A DNA stretch of 59,381 nt, counting the filler. It is 4 parts of 4 records of this genome, joined end to end, with 100 filler letters (N's around TTAATTAATTAA, not from the genome) between each part and the next. Parts side by side here need not be neighbours in the genome. Positions count along the whole stretch, not along the records: positions 15,087 to 43,535 come from SRR31156797_16014; 3 more parts are not named here. The stretch is one strand, 5' to 3'. Under the pieces are notes generated by a model that searched no databases, was not told the DNA's origin, and worked only from the letters and a program-made list of their open reading frames with translations. This document shows positions 29,646 through 38,845 of this stretch, in pieces. Each line of letters opens with the position of its first letter. Within the stretch, counting starts at the first letter, position 1. Both the position numbers and the translations under genes were made by a program.

Positions 29646-30512
29646 GTGATGACTATGAAAACATATCAAGCGTTTACAACCATGATATTGGCATTGTTGT
29701 TAGTTACCGGTGTTACGGCTAGAGAAATCACCTATCCGAATCAATCAGGTAATAGGGATCAATCATTAGGTTACGCAGTGCTTAAGCTCGCATTAAAAAA
29801 GTCAGGAAAAGATTTCACACTCAGTTTAGATTTGAGGCCCGTAACAGCTGGAAGAGTTATACGTATGCTGGAGGAAGGTCAGGTTGATGTCCTTGATGGT
29901 GGGTATTCGCCAATCGTCGCTAACCAGCATGAACTGATCTACTTACCTATCGATATGGGGTTGAGCGGATGGCGAATATTTATAACCTCTCCACAAACAT
30001 CGAACCGCCTGAGGTTTGTTCAGCATATTGACGACTTAAAGCAATATACCTTTGGTCAAGGACAAGGATGGTATGATGTCAAAGTACTCGAAAATGCAGG
30101 ATTTAAAGTAGCGACTCCACCCAAACTCGAGAATCTTTTTGGCATGGTGAACAGTCAACGTTTCGATCTACTTCCTTTTGGTGCAAATGAGGCTTTTGCA
30201 ATGCTGGAAAGGCATCAAAAAACTATTAAAAATCTTAACCTTGTCATCGATAAACATGTAACACTAGTCTATCCTTTTGGGCGATTCTTTTATGTCAGGA
30301 AATCAGATACCGAACTTAAACAAGCCATTGTCGCAGGAATGAACAGAGCACTCGATGATGGGAGCTTACTGGCATTATTAAAGCAGCACCCCTATTCCAA
30401 AGACGCATTTGACAAGGCTAATCTGACACAAAGAGTTCAAATACACATAGAAACACCCGAAATGAGTGAGGAGTTCGAATCGATTGATCCGAAATGGTGG
30501 TATACACCTTGA
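29646..30512 (+). CDS. Orphan periplasmic binding protein type 2-like protein (start within 29646-29655)
   Basis: Signal peptide; PIDMGLSGWR, GQGQGWYD, LFGMV..RFD pattern of marine gammaproteobacterial PBP2-like proteins. Confidence 0.7.
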   Translation: MMTMKTYQAFTTMILALLLVTGVTAREITYPNQSGNRDQSLGYAVLKLALKKSGKDFTLSLDLRPVTAGRVIRMLEEGQVDVLDGGYSPIVANQHELIYLPIDMGLSGWRIFITSPQTSNRLRFVQHIDDLKQYTFGQGQGWYDVKVLENAGFKVATPPKLENLFGMVNSQRFDLLPFGANEAFAMLERHQKTIKNLNLVIDKHVTLVYPFGRFFYVRKSDTELKQAIVAGMNRALDDGSLLALLKQHPYSKDAFDKANLTQRVQIHIETPEMSEEFESIDPKWWYTP

Positions 30513-30562
30513 GTTGCCTATATTCAATAAACGTTCACGCCAGTCGGTGGGGAAATAGGCTT

Positions 30563-31135
30563 CTATTCAATAACTTCTGTTGTGAAGGTATGAGTAATAA
30601 TATCTTCACTCCAATAGTTTTCTAACCATCCACCTTTACATTTTAACGCATTAATAAACAGCTCGGCGGTCGAGGTGTTTTCCCACACTAAAGGCAAAAG
30701 CACGGCCCGCCGTTGCCCCTGCTGCAAAATCAATCCATCGATGTGGGGACGTAACTTATCTCTGAGTGCTTGTTCTCCTTCATTCGGGACCAATACAAGT
30801 TCAGAAAGGATGGAAATCTCCAAACTCAAATGTGCACGTTCATGTAAATGAATCGGCTCGAATCGATTATCACGAAATCCGCTCGCATACGCATTTTGAC
30901 AGACGTTCACCCACAGAGGTTCAGTGGAATCTAATGAGCCGATACACCCTCTTAACTGACCGTTATGCAAAAGCGTAACAAAGCTTGCGGCAATCACTTG
31001 TAGTTCTTCATTGTCTGGCGCATCAGGAAGTGTTAACCCTTTACCTGCCAGCCCAGAATCAATGACCTGCCATGCAAGTTTTTTTAGCAACTCACGCGAG
31101 TGGTGACTCAATTTAGTACAAGATGAAACTGGCAT
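30563..31135 (-). CDS. amrA: AmmeMemoRadiSam system protein A (AMMECR1 domain)
   Basis: FVTL..GQLRGCIG, FRDNRF, EISILS, LLPLVWE, LKCKGG. Confidence 0.9.
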   Translation of the reverse strand: MPVSSCTKLSHHSRELLKKLAWQVIDSGLAGKGLTLPDAPDNEELQVIAASFVTLLHNGQLRGCIGSLDSTEPLWVNVCQNAYASGFRDNRFEPIHLHERAHLSLEISILSELVLVPNEGEQALRDKLRPHIDGLILQQGQRRAVLLPLVWENTSTAELFINALKCKGGWLENYWSEDIITHTFTTEVIE

Positions 31136-31916
31136 AACCAACCACCTCTTCTGACGTCAATGGTGTGCGACGTTCATAACGAGCTAATACATCACCCGAG
31201 TTAGCATAGCGAACGCATTTAATTTGCCATGCTTGTTCTTTCGCATATTCAATAAGCCCATTGATTGAATGACATCCACACGCTTGCTGAGAGCCCATAT
31301 CTGAATGAAAGGACAAGATGTTGTCAATAGTACTGAAATCTAGATTTTTCGCTTCGTTGTAACGATGGTAATGACTTAAATCACTACTGACGACCAGCAA
31401 TGTTCCACTCTGCTGCTCAACGTATTCTAAGATCCTTTTAACAGTATCAGGCCGTGTATGACCAACCACAATAGGCAGCAAAGTAAAATCATGTAAACAG
31501 TATTGTAAGAAAGGTAACTGTACTTCCAAAGAGTGTTCCCAATGGTGCACTCGCTCGGATTTAACGACCAGATTCATCTCAATGAGCGACTCTAGACTTT
31601 GTGTATCAAGTTCAACTTCGCCCATTGGCGTAACAAACATATCGGCATCGGGAACGGCACAGCCTTCCAGAGCCACATGATGATTTGGTCCCAATAGCAC
31701 GACACGTGAAAAGTTATGGGCTGACTCACGCAGAATCCTGTATGCCGCTGCTGCAATTTCACCGGAGTAAAAATAGCCCGCATGCGGCACAATTAAGGCC
31801 TTAGGAACCAATGCAGAAAGAGAATCACTTTCGAAAAACTTGTCTAACTGGCATGTTAGCTCTGTCGTTTTAGCGGGGTAAAATCGACCAGCGACAGCGG
31901 GTTCGCGATATTTCAT
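31113..31916 (-). CDS. amrB: AmmeMemoRadiSam system protein B (MEMO family)
   Basis: REPAVAGRFYP, PHAGY, GPNH, EHSLEVQLPFLQ, SSDLSHY, ACG, VVGYA. Confidence 0.93.
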   Translation of the reverse strand: MKYREPAVAGRFYPAKTTELTCQLDKFFESDSLSALVPKALIVPHAGYFYSGEIAAAAYRILRESAHNFSRVVLLGPNHHVALEGCAVPDADMFVTPMGEVELDTQSLESLIEMNLVVKSERVHHWEHSLEVQLPFLQYCLHDFTLLPIVVGHTRPDTVKRILEYVEQQSGTLLVVSSDLSHYHRYNEAKNLDFSTIDNILSFHSDMGSQQACGCHSINGLIEYAKEQAWQIKCVRYANSGDVLARYERRTPLTSEEVVGYASFILY

Positions 31917-31979
31917 GGCATTCAACCTCTGACGACTCAACTATACTCTCAGTTTAGGACATTAGAGGGCAAAATCACT

Positions 31980-32375
31980 ATGCAACGCTCTCCACTTCAA
32001 GACTTCCCAACTCAATATTGGCATAGTGCCACAGACGGACGCGTTTGCTGTGATGTCTGCCCACGAATATGTACCTTGAGAGAAGGTAAGCGCGGTGCCT
32101 GTTTCGTGCGCATGAACAAAAATCAGCAAATTGTGTTAACCAGCTACGGCCGTTCTTCCGGTTTTTGCATTGATCCGATTGAAAAGAAACCGTTGAATCA
32201 CTTTTACCCCGGAGCAACCGTCATTGTTAGAGATTGGTATCAACAGGGAAAGTACGACTCGAACGACCAAGGGGTTTGTATTCATTGTAGTCACAAGATC
32301 GCTGGCAGATTTGATGGACCGAAAGGAAATTTCGGCCCAAGACGAATCCCTATTTCAATCCATCAAGATGAGTGA
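31980..32375 (+). pseudogene. amrS: AmmeMemoRadiSam radical SAM enzyme with in-frame deletion of the radical SAM core (131 aa)
   Basis: N-terminal CDVCPRIC..GAC..DPIEKKPLNHFYPG joined directly to C-terminal VIVRDWY..CIHC..IAGRF; no CxxxCxxC motif. Confidence 0.85.
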
Positions 32376-32395
32376 ATCACGAAAATGAATCACCT

Positions 32396-33007
32396 CTATT
32401 GTTGCAATGTCTCGATGAGTTTACTTTGATACTCAGGTAGTTTTGAGCGAGAAATCGATTGAAACGCCAAGGGTTTCAAAAATGTCATGCCCGCATGTAA
32501 AGCACTGGCTTTCATCGGTGTGAATACATCTTCAAGCGCAACACCAATTCTGCCATTTTCACCATACGTTGTATTACCACCAGCAGCGGTCGTTACTAAC
32601 AGCATTTCTTTACCTTGCCATAAACCTGGGCCGACACTACCCCATACATCATTCATATAAGCTTTCATCATAGGAGTGATGTTGAACCAATGGGTCGGGA
32701 ACATAAACACAATACGGTCATGCTGCCTCGTTAAGTCTTTTTCCAGTTGCGCATCAATAGCCCTAGTATCATAACCATATAGTGTTTCAAGGTTGCGCAC
32801 CGTGACGCCTTGGACGCTCTCTGCCGCTTGTTGCATCCCTTTGGTCATCACTGAACGTTCAGGATAAGGATGGGACACAATCACCAACGTTTTGATCTCT
32901 GTTTTCGGCTGTTCAGCAGCGAACGAAGCATTGATTGAGATCAGCAATAACCCCTGAATCAAAGCAAATACTTTAATCCACTTCATAAAATTCCCAGTTC
33001 TGTTCAT
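32396..33007 (-). CDS. Flavodoxin_2 NAD(P)H oxidoreductase (KefF/MdaB-like) with signal peptide
   Basis: SHPY, FPTHWFNITPMMK, TTAAG; N-terminal KWIK-hydrophobic-SFA/A (alternative start 32986). Confidence 0.85.
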   Translation of the reverse strand: MNRTGNFMKWIKVFALIQGLLLISINASFAAEQPKTEIKTLVIVSHPYPERSVMTKGMQQAAESVQGVTVRNLETLYGYDTRAIDAQLEKDLTRQHDRIVFMFPTHWFNITPMMKAYMNDVWGSVGPGLWQGKEMLLVTTAAGGNTTYGENGRIGVALEDVFTPMKASALHAGMTFLKPLAFQSISRSKLPEYQSKLIETLQQ

Positions 33008-33036
33008 AACAATTTCTCTGATATTAGTCACTCAGA

Positions 33037-33075
33037 CAAAAGAGCTCATCACCTTTAATCATCGGTGATGAGCTC
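33037..33075 (-). terminator. Intra-operon hairpin/terminator after cupin
   Basis: GAGCTCATCACC...GGTGATGAGCTC, 12-bp stem followed by TTTT on the minus strand. Confidence 0.65.
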
Positions 33076-33097
33076 CCTGCTTTAAACGAATTACCTT

Positions 33098-33595
33098 TTA
33101 ATGACCCGCAGCATATTGCTCGTCGGTTACTTTCTCTTTCCAGATAACATTTTTGCCATCTTTTGATGCAGTAACCACTAAGTGAGTCATTGGCGCATCC
33201 GGTGTCGCACCATGCCAGTGATCGATACCCGGTGGACACCATACACTTTCATTTTCGCTAAAACGAATAACCTTACCATCTCGGGTACCCGTCAGTGCCA
33301 CACCTTTTGTCACGATCATATGTTGCCCCGCAGGGTGCATATGCCATGCTGTACGGGCGCCTTTTTCGAAGGTGACATAAGCAGCACTGTAATGCGCCAT
33401 GTCATTCTCCGGAAACAACATGTCGACCTTAACGTTGCCTGTAAACAAATTTTCAGGGCCAGTAAATGAGTTCAGATCTTTTGCACGATAAACTTGCTGT
33501 TCCGTAGCCGGTGCTTCAGAGGCGACAGCAGTAGAAATCACCGAACTTGCAGAAACAACGCCTGACAATAGTATTAAACCTAATTTATTTTTCAT
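33098..33595 (-). CDS. Cupin domain protein with signal peptide
   Basis: VTFEKGARTAWHMHPAGQ, HWHGA, MTHL, KVTDEQY; MKNK-hydrophobic-AVA/S. Confidence 0.9.
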   Translation of the reverse strand: MKNKLGLILLSGVVSASSVISTAVASEAPATEQQVYRAKDLNSFTGPENLFTGNVKVDMLFPENDMAHYSAAYVTFEKGARTAWHMHPAGQHMIVTKGVALTGTRDGKVIRFSENESVWCPPGIDHWHGATPDAPMTHLVVTASKDGKNVIWKEKVTDEQYAAGH

Positions 33596-33606
33596 AATTT
33601 TCCCTA

Positions 33607-34323
33607 TTATTTATTTAACACTGAGCTTAGTACTTTTGATGCATTTTCTGCCGTTTCTTTGCCTAAATGCTGTTCAATAATTGAAATAAATTCGTTTAGT
33701 TCATCAACAGTAACGTTATTATTCATACTGATATTATAATGAGCAGCTAGCTGACTGTTTACGCCTTTAATATTTGCCAAGGTCGCGATAGTTGCAATTT
33801 CACGCTCTTTCCAAGTCAGTACGTCACGCTCAAAAATATCACCAAACAAGTGTGATTTTAGGTACTCATCTATTTGTGGTGAGAAATCAAATAGCGCACC
33901 TTTAACTTCAACACCAATCAGTTTTGTCTGGTTTTCATGACCGAATTCCAAGCTAGTTCTGTCTGTCGGTAGTGGCGATGGCTCTTTACCGACAACGTCT
34001 TTAATACCCTGGCTTTCACGTTCATTCACTACTTGCATAAATGCAGCTAGCGCATTCAAACTGCGCGGAAAGCCAGCATAGGCATAGAGCTGGCCTAAAA
34101 TCTCTTTCGTTTCATTAATTGTCAGGCCTGCTTCCAAACCGTCAACCAGGCTCACTTTGAGTTTGTCTATTTCTCCGCTTGCGGCAAATGCTGCAATTGG
34201 GATAATCGCCTTCTCCTTGTTCGTAAAGCTATCTGCAGCAATTGATGATTGCGATGCAATCATCAACATTACTCCTGCAATTAAAGTAGATACTTTTTTA
34301 ATATATAACTTCAAGTCGAGCAT
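33607..34323 (-). CDS. Carboxymuconolactone decarboxylase (CMD) family protein with signal peptide
   Basis: QLYAYAGFPRSLNAL, YLKSHLFGDIF, REIATIA; start MLDLK with GGAG RBS. Confidence 0.88.
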   Translation of the reverse strand: MLDLKLYIKKVSTLIAGVMLMIASQSSIAADSFTNKEKAIIPIAAFAASGEIDKLKVSLVDGLEAGLTINETKEILGQLYAYAGFPRSLNALAAFMQVVNERESQGIKDVVGKEPSPLPTDRTSLEFGHENQTKLIGVEVKGALFDFSPQIDEYLKSHLFGDIFERDVLTWKEREIATIATLANIKGVNSQLAAHYNISMNNNVTVDELNEFISIIEQHLGKETAENASKVLSSVLNK

Positions 34324-34399
34324 ATGGTTCTCCCTATACCTATTTAAATAAACGAAATTTATTCGTGTATTTAATTTACCGCGAAAAACCAATGATTCA

Positions 34400-34434
34400 T
34401 TGCCTAGAAAACGCTAATTATTGCCTATTCTTCC
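34400..34434 (-). promoter_or_regulatory. AraC-type tandem operator (copy 1)
   Basis: GGAAGAATAGGCAA plus a second half-site CGTTTTCTAGGCAA offset by 21 bp. Confidence 0.7.
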
Positions 34435-34665
34435 CGCGTATAATATAAAAAAAACTAAAGAATAAACCATGAACATTAACTTACAAAAAGATACAAATTA
34501 AATACAAACCGAACCTTGACGAAATATATTTATTAATCTTTAAAAGTGAAAAATAAGACCTTATTAAAGTAATTACTCTTTTATTTCCGCTTTAAAGAAT
34601 TAAGCAATCGCATCATTTTTCGTGATCTTCGTCATAAAATAATCACACCATTGGACAAGCATTGA

Positions 34666-34679
34666 GGAAGATTAGGCAT
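34666..34679 (+). promoter_or_regulatory. AraC-type operator (copy 2)
   Basis: GGAAGATTAGGCAT upstream of the MFS gene. Confidence 0.6.
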
Positions 34680-34754
34680 TACTACTAAGGTATCTGCGAC
34701 CTAAAATAGGTGTTTTCCTGGCTATGTTCTTAGCCGTTATACGAGGATCAGTCA

Positions 34755-35954
34755 TTGCAAAACCAAGCCGATCGTTTTTCATTCATTAGTACCGCATTAT
34801 CACTTATGGTCACTTATGTAACCTCTGCTGTACCTATCCCCCTATACGGTGTTTATCAAACGCAAGATTCCGTCAGTTACTTTGAGCTCTCACTAAGTTC
34901 TGTTGTGTATTTCGTTGGTGCAGTCATGTCACTGGTTCTCTTTGGCCGTTTATCTAACTTCTTAGGCCGAAAACCTATTGCGATGTTATCTCTGCTTCTG
35001 GCCGCATTATCTACGCTATTCTTCATGAACCTTCACAGCGCTACCCCACTGATTCTTGGTCGGTTATCACAAGGTCTCGCCTGCGGTTTAGCATCTACAG
35101 CGTTAACATCCTGGCTGGTTGACCACTCACTTTCTGTTCGCTCTTGGCTTGCCCCCGCCATCATTAGCTGTGGTCCCATGACCGGACTTACTATAGGTGG
35201 GATAGGCTCAGGTATTTTATTTGAGATAGCGCCATACCCGCGTCAGATTGGATTTGCGATAGCACTCATCCTTAACGTGCTGTGCATGTTCTTACTGCTA
35301 AAAAGTAAAGAAACCATGAAAACTCGCACTGGTGTTCTGGGTTCTTTGAAACCGAACTTTGACATTCCGCGATCCGCAAGAAAAGCACTGCCAGTAGCAG
35401 CTTGTACCTTTGTTTCAACGTGGGCTCTGGGTGGTTTCTTTCAGGCATTTGGTCCGGCAATGGCATCTGAACAACTTCACTCATCGAGTGCCGTTGTCGC
35501 AGCGTTTGTGTTCGCATCAATTATGGCCCCAAGTTCTATTGGTGCCTCACTGGCTGGGAAAATGACCTCTTTACAAGCTCAACGCAGAGGAATGCTCTAT
35601 TTTACCCTTTTCGTCGGATGCATACTGGTGTCATTGCAGTTCGGACTATTAGGTGCTTTTCTTATATCAAGCTTCCTTGCTGGAACCGCACAAGGATTAG
35701 TGTTGACGGGAAGTATTGGTACCATGGTGACGGGCCTCAAAGCGGAAGAAAGAGCAAACGTGTTCTCAGTCATCTATACCACCTCGTATGTCGGTGCTGC
35801 TATTCCAACCTTAATTGCCGGGCGCCTTTCTGATAAACTCAGTTTACTGCAGATTGCCTATGGCTATGGGGTGCTTGCACTGTTTGGTTCTATAGCGGTA
35901 TTACTAGCCAAAAAATGGCAGGAAAAACCACAACTGAATTTGGATAAGCAATAA
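34755..35954 (+). CDS. MFS transporter
   Basis: About 12 TM segments; GRLSNFLGRK motif A, P.PLY; GAGGA RBS before TTG. Confidence 0.9.
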   Translation: MQNQADRFSFISTALSLMVTYVTSAVPIPLYGVYQTQDSVSYFELSLSSVVYFVGAVMSLVLFGRLSNFLGRKPIAMLSLLLAALSTLFFMNLHSATPLILGRLSQGLACGLASTALTSWLVDHSLSVRSWLAPAIISCGPMTGLTIGGIGSGILFEIAPYPRQIGFAIALILNVLCMFLLLKSKETMKTRTGVLGSLKPNFDIPRSARKALPVAACTFVSTWALGGFFQAFGPAMASEQLHSSSAVVAAFVFASIMAPSSIGASLAGKMTSLQAQRRGMLYFTLFVGCILVSLQFGLLGAFLISSFLAGTAQGLVLTGSIGTMVTGLKAEERANVFSVIYTTSYVGAAIPTLIAGRLSDKLSLLQIAYGYGVLALFGSIAVLLAKKWQEKPQLNLDKQ

Positions 35955-35960
35955 GCCATA

Positions 35961-35999
35961 CAAAAAAAGGATCTCAATGAAATTGAGATCCTTTTTTTG
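35961..35999. terminator. Bidirectional intrinsic terminator
   Basis: CAAAAAAAGGATCTCAAT-GAA-ATTGAGATCCTTTTTTTG perfect stem between convergent genes. Confidence 0.92.
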
Positions 36000-36018
36000 T
36001 TAGTTCCATGTGTTGGAC

Positions 36019-36513
36019 TTATTCAACAGATTCTATTGTTACCTTCATTGAACCACCCGAAGTAAACCGCTCCAGACCACTGTCAATCTTGCCTAAGTTA
36101 ATCAAACCCGACGCATAACCAAAGCTTTTATAGAAAATAACCAAATTACCCCAAGGTGCGTAATAAGAAATATCACCCGCTTTTGAACTGATACCTGCAG
36201 GTGCGCCTTCTTTCGTCAGTTTACTTGGCAAGTAGGCGATTTTTTCTGTATTTGCATAGTCTTCTAGGTCAACAGTCAAAGGAAGTTGATCTATAAAATC
36301 CTGTGAGCTTGGGCTGTTATCCAGTGTCGCTGTGACGGTACGGTCATCAAATACAAAACGAATTTTCATCGTTGTTTCTCCGTTATTTTTTCCGTTTTCA
36401 ATGGAATGAGTTTGTGCAAAGCTTTGTGAACCGAGTGAAAAAGCAGCGACTACCAGCAAGGGGATACTGACCCTAATGGTCTTTGTTAACATTAACATCG
36501 TGACTTTCAACAT
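36019..36513 (-). CDS. Cyclophilin-like fold protein with signal peptide
   Basis: DFIDQLPL, DYANTEKIAYLP, GDISYYAPWGNLVIFY; AAGGA RBS. Confidence 0.85.
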   Translation of the reverse strand: MLKVTMLMLTKTIRVSIPLLVVAAFSLGSQSFAQTHSIENGKNNGETTMKIRFVFDDRTVTATLDNSPSSQDFIDQLPLTVDLEDYANTEKIAYLPSKLTKEGAPAGISSKAGDISYYAPWGNLVIFYKSFGYASGLINLGKIDSGLERFTSGGSMKVTIESVE

Positions 36514-36523
36514 CGTTCTTTCC

Positions 36524-37687
36524 TTAGTTATGTATCACCGATTTAAGTCGATTCAGTCCTTCGACCAACTGAGTTCTTGGACAGGCCATATTCAGACGAA
36601 TATACCCTTCACCGGCAGTACCATAGACCGTCCCCTGATTTATCATTAGAGCACCTTCCTTTAATAACTTCTCACCCAAATCAACGGATGAAATATCCAA
36701 TTGGCGGCAATCTATCCATGCCAGATAGGTTGCCTGCTGCTTGGTGACTTTTAGTTGAGGAAGGTGCTGATCTATAAAATCGACGACAGTCAGATAATTT
36801 TGGTACAGGTATTCTGTTAGAGCGACAAGCCAATCTTCACTTTGGTTATATGCCGCTATAAGGGCAGTCACACCAAATGGATTAACATCACACACTTCGT
36901 GAATATTTAAAGCGCGATCAATTTTAGCTCTTAACTCATCATCCGCAGTGATAATGTTTGCGATTTGTAGTCCCGCAATATTAAACGATTTACTCGGAGA
37001 GTTTGTCGTCACTGTATTGCGAAGAAACTCTTGTCCCAGCGCAGCAAATGGTTGATGACGAACTTCAGGGAAGACTAGATCACAATGAATTTCATCACTG
37101 ATTACTTTTACGCCATTTTTAAAACAGATTTCACCGATTTGTCTCAACTCTTGCTCTGTCCACGCTCGGCCAACCGGATTATGTGGATTGCATAGAATCA
37201 TTGCAGTCACATCCGATCTTGATGCTTTTGCTTCAAGATCAGCAAAATCAATCTCATAGAAACCATCGACATCTTTTAGCGGGTTTTCTACCAGGTTGCA
37301 GCCCATATTACGGATAGAACTAAAGAAGCAGTTATAAACCGGTGTTTGCACCAATACGCCATCGCCAGGTTGGGTTAACGCTTTTAATATTGCGGAAATC
37401 GCTGGTACAACACCCGAAGTGTATTGAATCCACTCACGTTCAATGTGGAATTCATAACGTCTTGCAAACCAATTCATCGTTGCTTGGTAGTATGTGTCCG
37501 GCACTTTGGTATAGCCAAAAACACCGTGTTCTACGCGTTTTTGTAGTGCTTCAATAACTGCAGGTGCAGTACGAAAGTCCATGTCTGCTACCCACATAGG
37601 AAGTACCGTTTGGTCATCAGTACAATCCCATTTAGCGCAACCGCTCCCCTTTCTTTCTATAATGCTGTCAAAGTCAAAAGATGACAT
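36524..37687 (-). CDS. patB: MalY/PatB family PLP-dependent C-S lyase (cystathionine beta-lyase)
   Basis: LPMWVADMDF, LCNPHNPVGR, SDEIHCD, SPSKSFNIAGL, TYLAWID. Confidence 0.9.
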   Translation of the reverse strand: MSSFDFDSIIERKGSGCAKWDCTDDQTVLPMWVADMDFRTAPAVIEALQKRVEHGVFGYTKVPDTYYQATMNWFARRYEFHIEREWIQYTSGVVPAISAILKALTQPGDGVLVQTPVYNCFFSSIRNMGCNLVENPLKDVDGFYEIDFADLEAKASRSDVTAMILCNPHNPVGRAWTEQELRQIGEICFKNGVKVISDEIHCDLVFPEVRHQPFAALGQEFLRNTVTTNSPSKSFNIAGLQIANIITADDELRAKIDRALNIHEVCDVNPFGVTALIAAYNQSEDWLVALTEYLYQNYLTVVDFIDQHLPQLKVTKQQATYLAWIDCRQLDISSVDLGEKLLKEGALMINQGTVYGTAGEGYIRLNMACPRTQLVEGLNRLKSVIHN

Positions 37688-38580
37688 TATGATTTCGCCT
37701 CAAATTCCGTTTCGATTGAACAAGCATCCGGGTTTTTATTGTTTTTATCAATGATGATTTCACCAATTGAGCGCGCTTTGATCGAGCCAGATAATGGATT
37801 TTTCACACTGATAATGTCAGAAGCAATTTCAGCGTTGAGTGTTGAATACTCAAAGCAGAGATCGGTTTCTTCCATCACACAATTTTCCATAATCAAGTCG
37901 GTCGCATAGCATAACGGTTGCTCACCACGAATCGTACAGTTCACTAAACGTAGGTTTTTAGAATGCCAACCTAAGTATTCACCATCTAGCACACTGTCAT
38001 ACACAGTCACGTTCTCTGTTCCCCAAAACGCATCTTTTGAGTCAAGATAGGCATTACGTATGGTGACGTTTTTCGCATCCTGGAATGAGTAATTGCCCTG
38101 AAGTTTGAATCCATCAATGTCGACATTTTCACAATTCATGAAAACGTAATCTGCACCACGCATTTCTACATTTGATAGCGTGACATTGTCACACATCCAA
38201 AGTGTTTCACCGGCATTAGGGAACCTTGTATTTTCAATTTTAAGATTCGATACGCGGCGGAACATTTTTGGTGCTTCAACAACACAATTACTCATGGTGA
38301 GGTTTTCTGTGTACCAGATTGCCGCTCTTGAATAAACAGAGAACAAGCTCTGTTCAATGAAAACATCCTTACTGTGCCAGAAAGGATACTTACACATAAA
38401 CTCACAGTGTTTAGCCATGATGTTTGAAGTATGTTTTAGTGCTGATTCACCAGGATAAAAACGAACCTTGTGCAGATATTTATTTGTCTCAGCATATAGC
38501 GGACGCTCTCCTTCATAGAAGGTATCGCAAATTTTTTCGTAATTATAAAACTTATCTAAATTGGTAACTGTTGCAGACAT
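37687..38580 (-). CDS. DUF3737 family beta-helix protein
   Basis: GERPLY, GESALK, KYPFWH, APKMFR, SKDAFW, GEYLGW, QPLCY; TAATG coupling to patB. Confidence 0.88.
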   Translation of the reverse strand: MSATVTNLDKFYNYEKICDTFYEGERPLYAETNKYLHKVRFYPGESALKHTSNIMAKHCEFMCKYPFWHSKDVFIEQSLFSVYSRAAIWYTENLTMSNCVVEAPKMFRRVSNLKIENTRFPNAGETLWMCDNVTLSNVEMRGADYVFMNCENVDIDGFKLQGNYSFQDAKNVTIRNAYLDSKDAFWGTENVTVYDSVLDGEYLGWHSKNLRLVNCTIRGEQPLCYATDLIMENCVMEETDLCFEYSTLNAEIASDIISVKNPLSGSIKARSIGEIIIDKNNKNPDACSIETEFEAKS

Positions 38581-38845
38581 TTTACACCCAGGATTTATAA
38601 ATTGATTTTGGAAACACAAATACCCAGGCGCATGGAGCACCTACTGTGGCTTGTATTTAACTGTTAGTCTAAAAAGGCGTAGGACTATCTCTATCCACCA
38701 GCATAATTAGCTGGAATAAAATTAACATTGTCAGTTAATTAAAATACGCCCAGTGACTGTTTAAGAAAAAGGTAAGGAATACCGATATTCATTGGCAGTG
38801 GATAACAAATAAACCTTACACAAAACTTTATGATTGCGACGTCTT

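Noticed and set aside
31980-32375. Recoding (selenocysteine or frameshift) restoring full-length AmrS
   Set aside because: There is no room: the next gene ends at 32396 and the N- and C-terminal parts are already joined in one frame.
38581-38845. Riboswitch (SAM-type) upstream of DUF3737-patB
   Set aside because: I could not recognise conserved aptamer motifs by eye; an Infernal/Rfam scan would be needed to exclude it fully.
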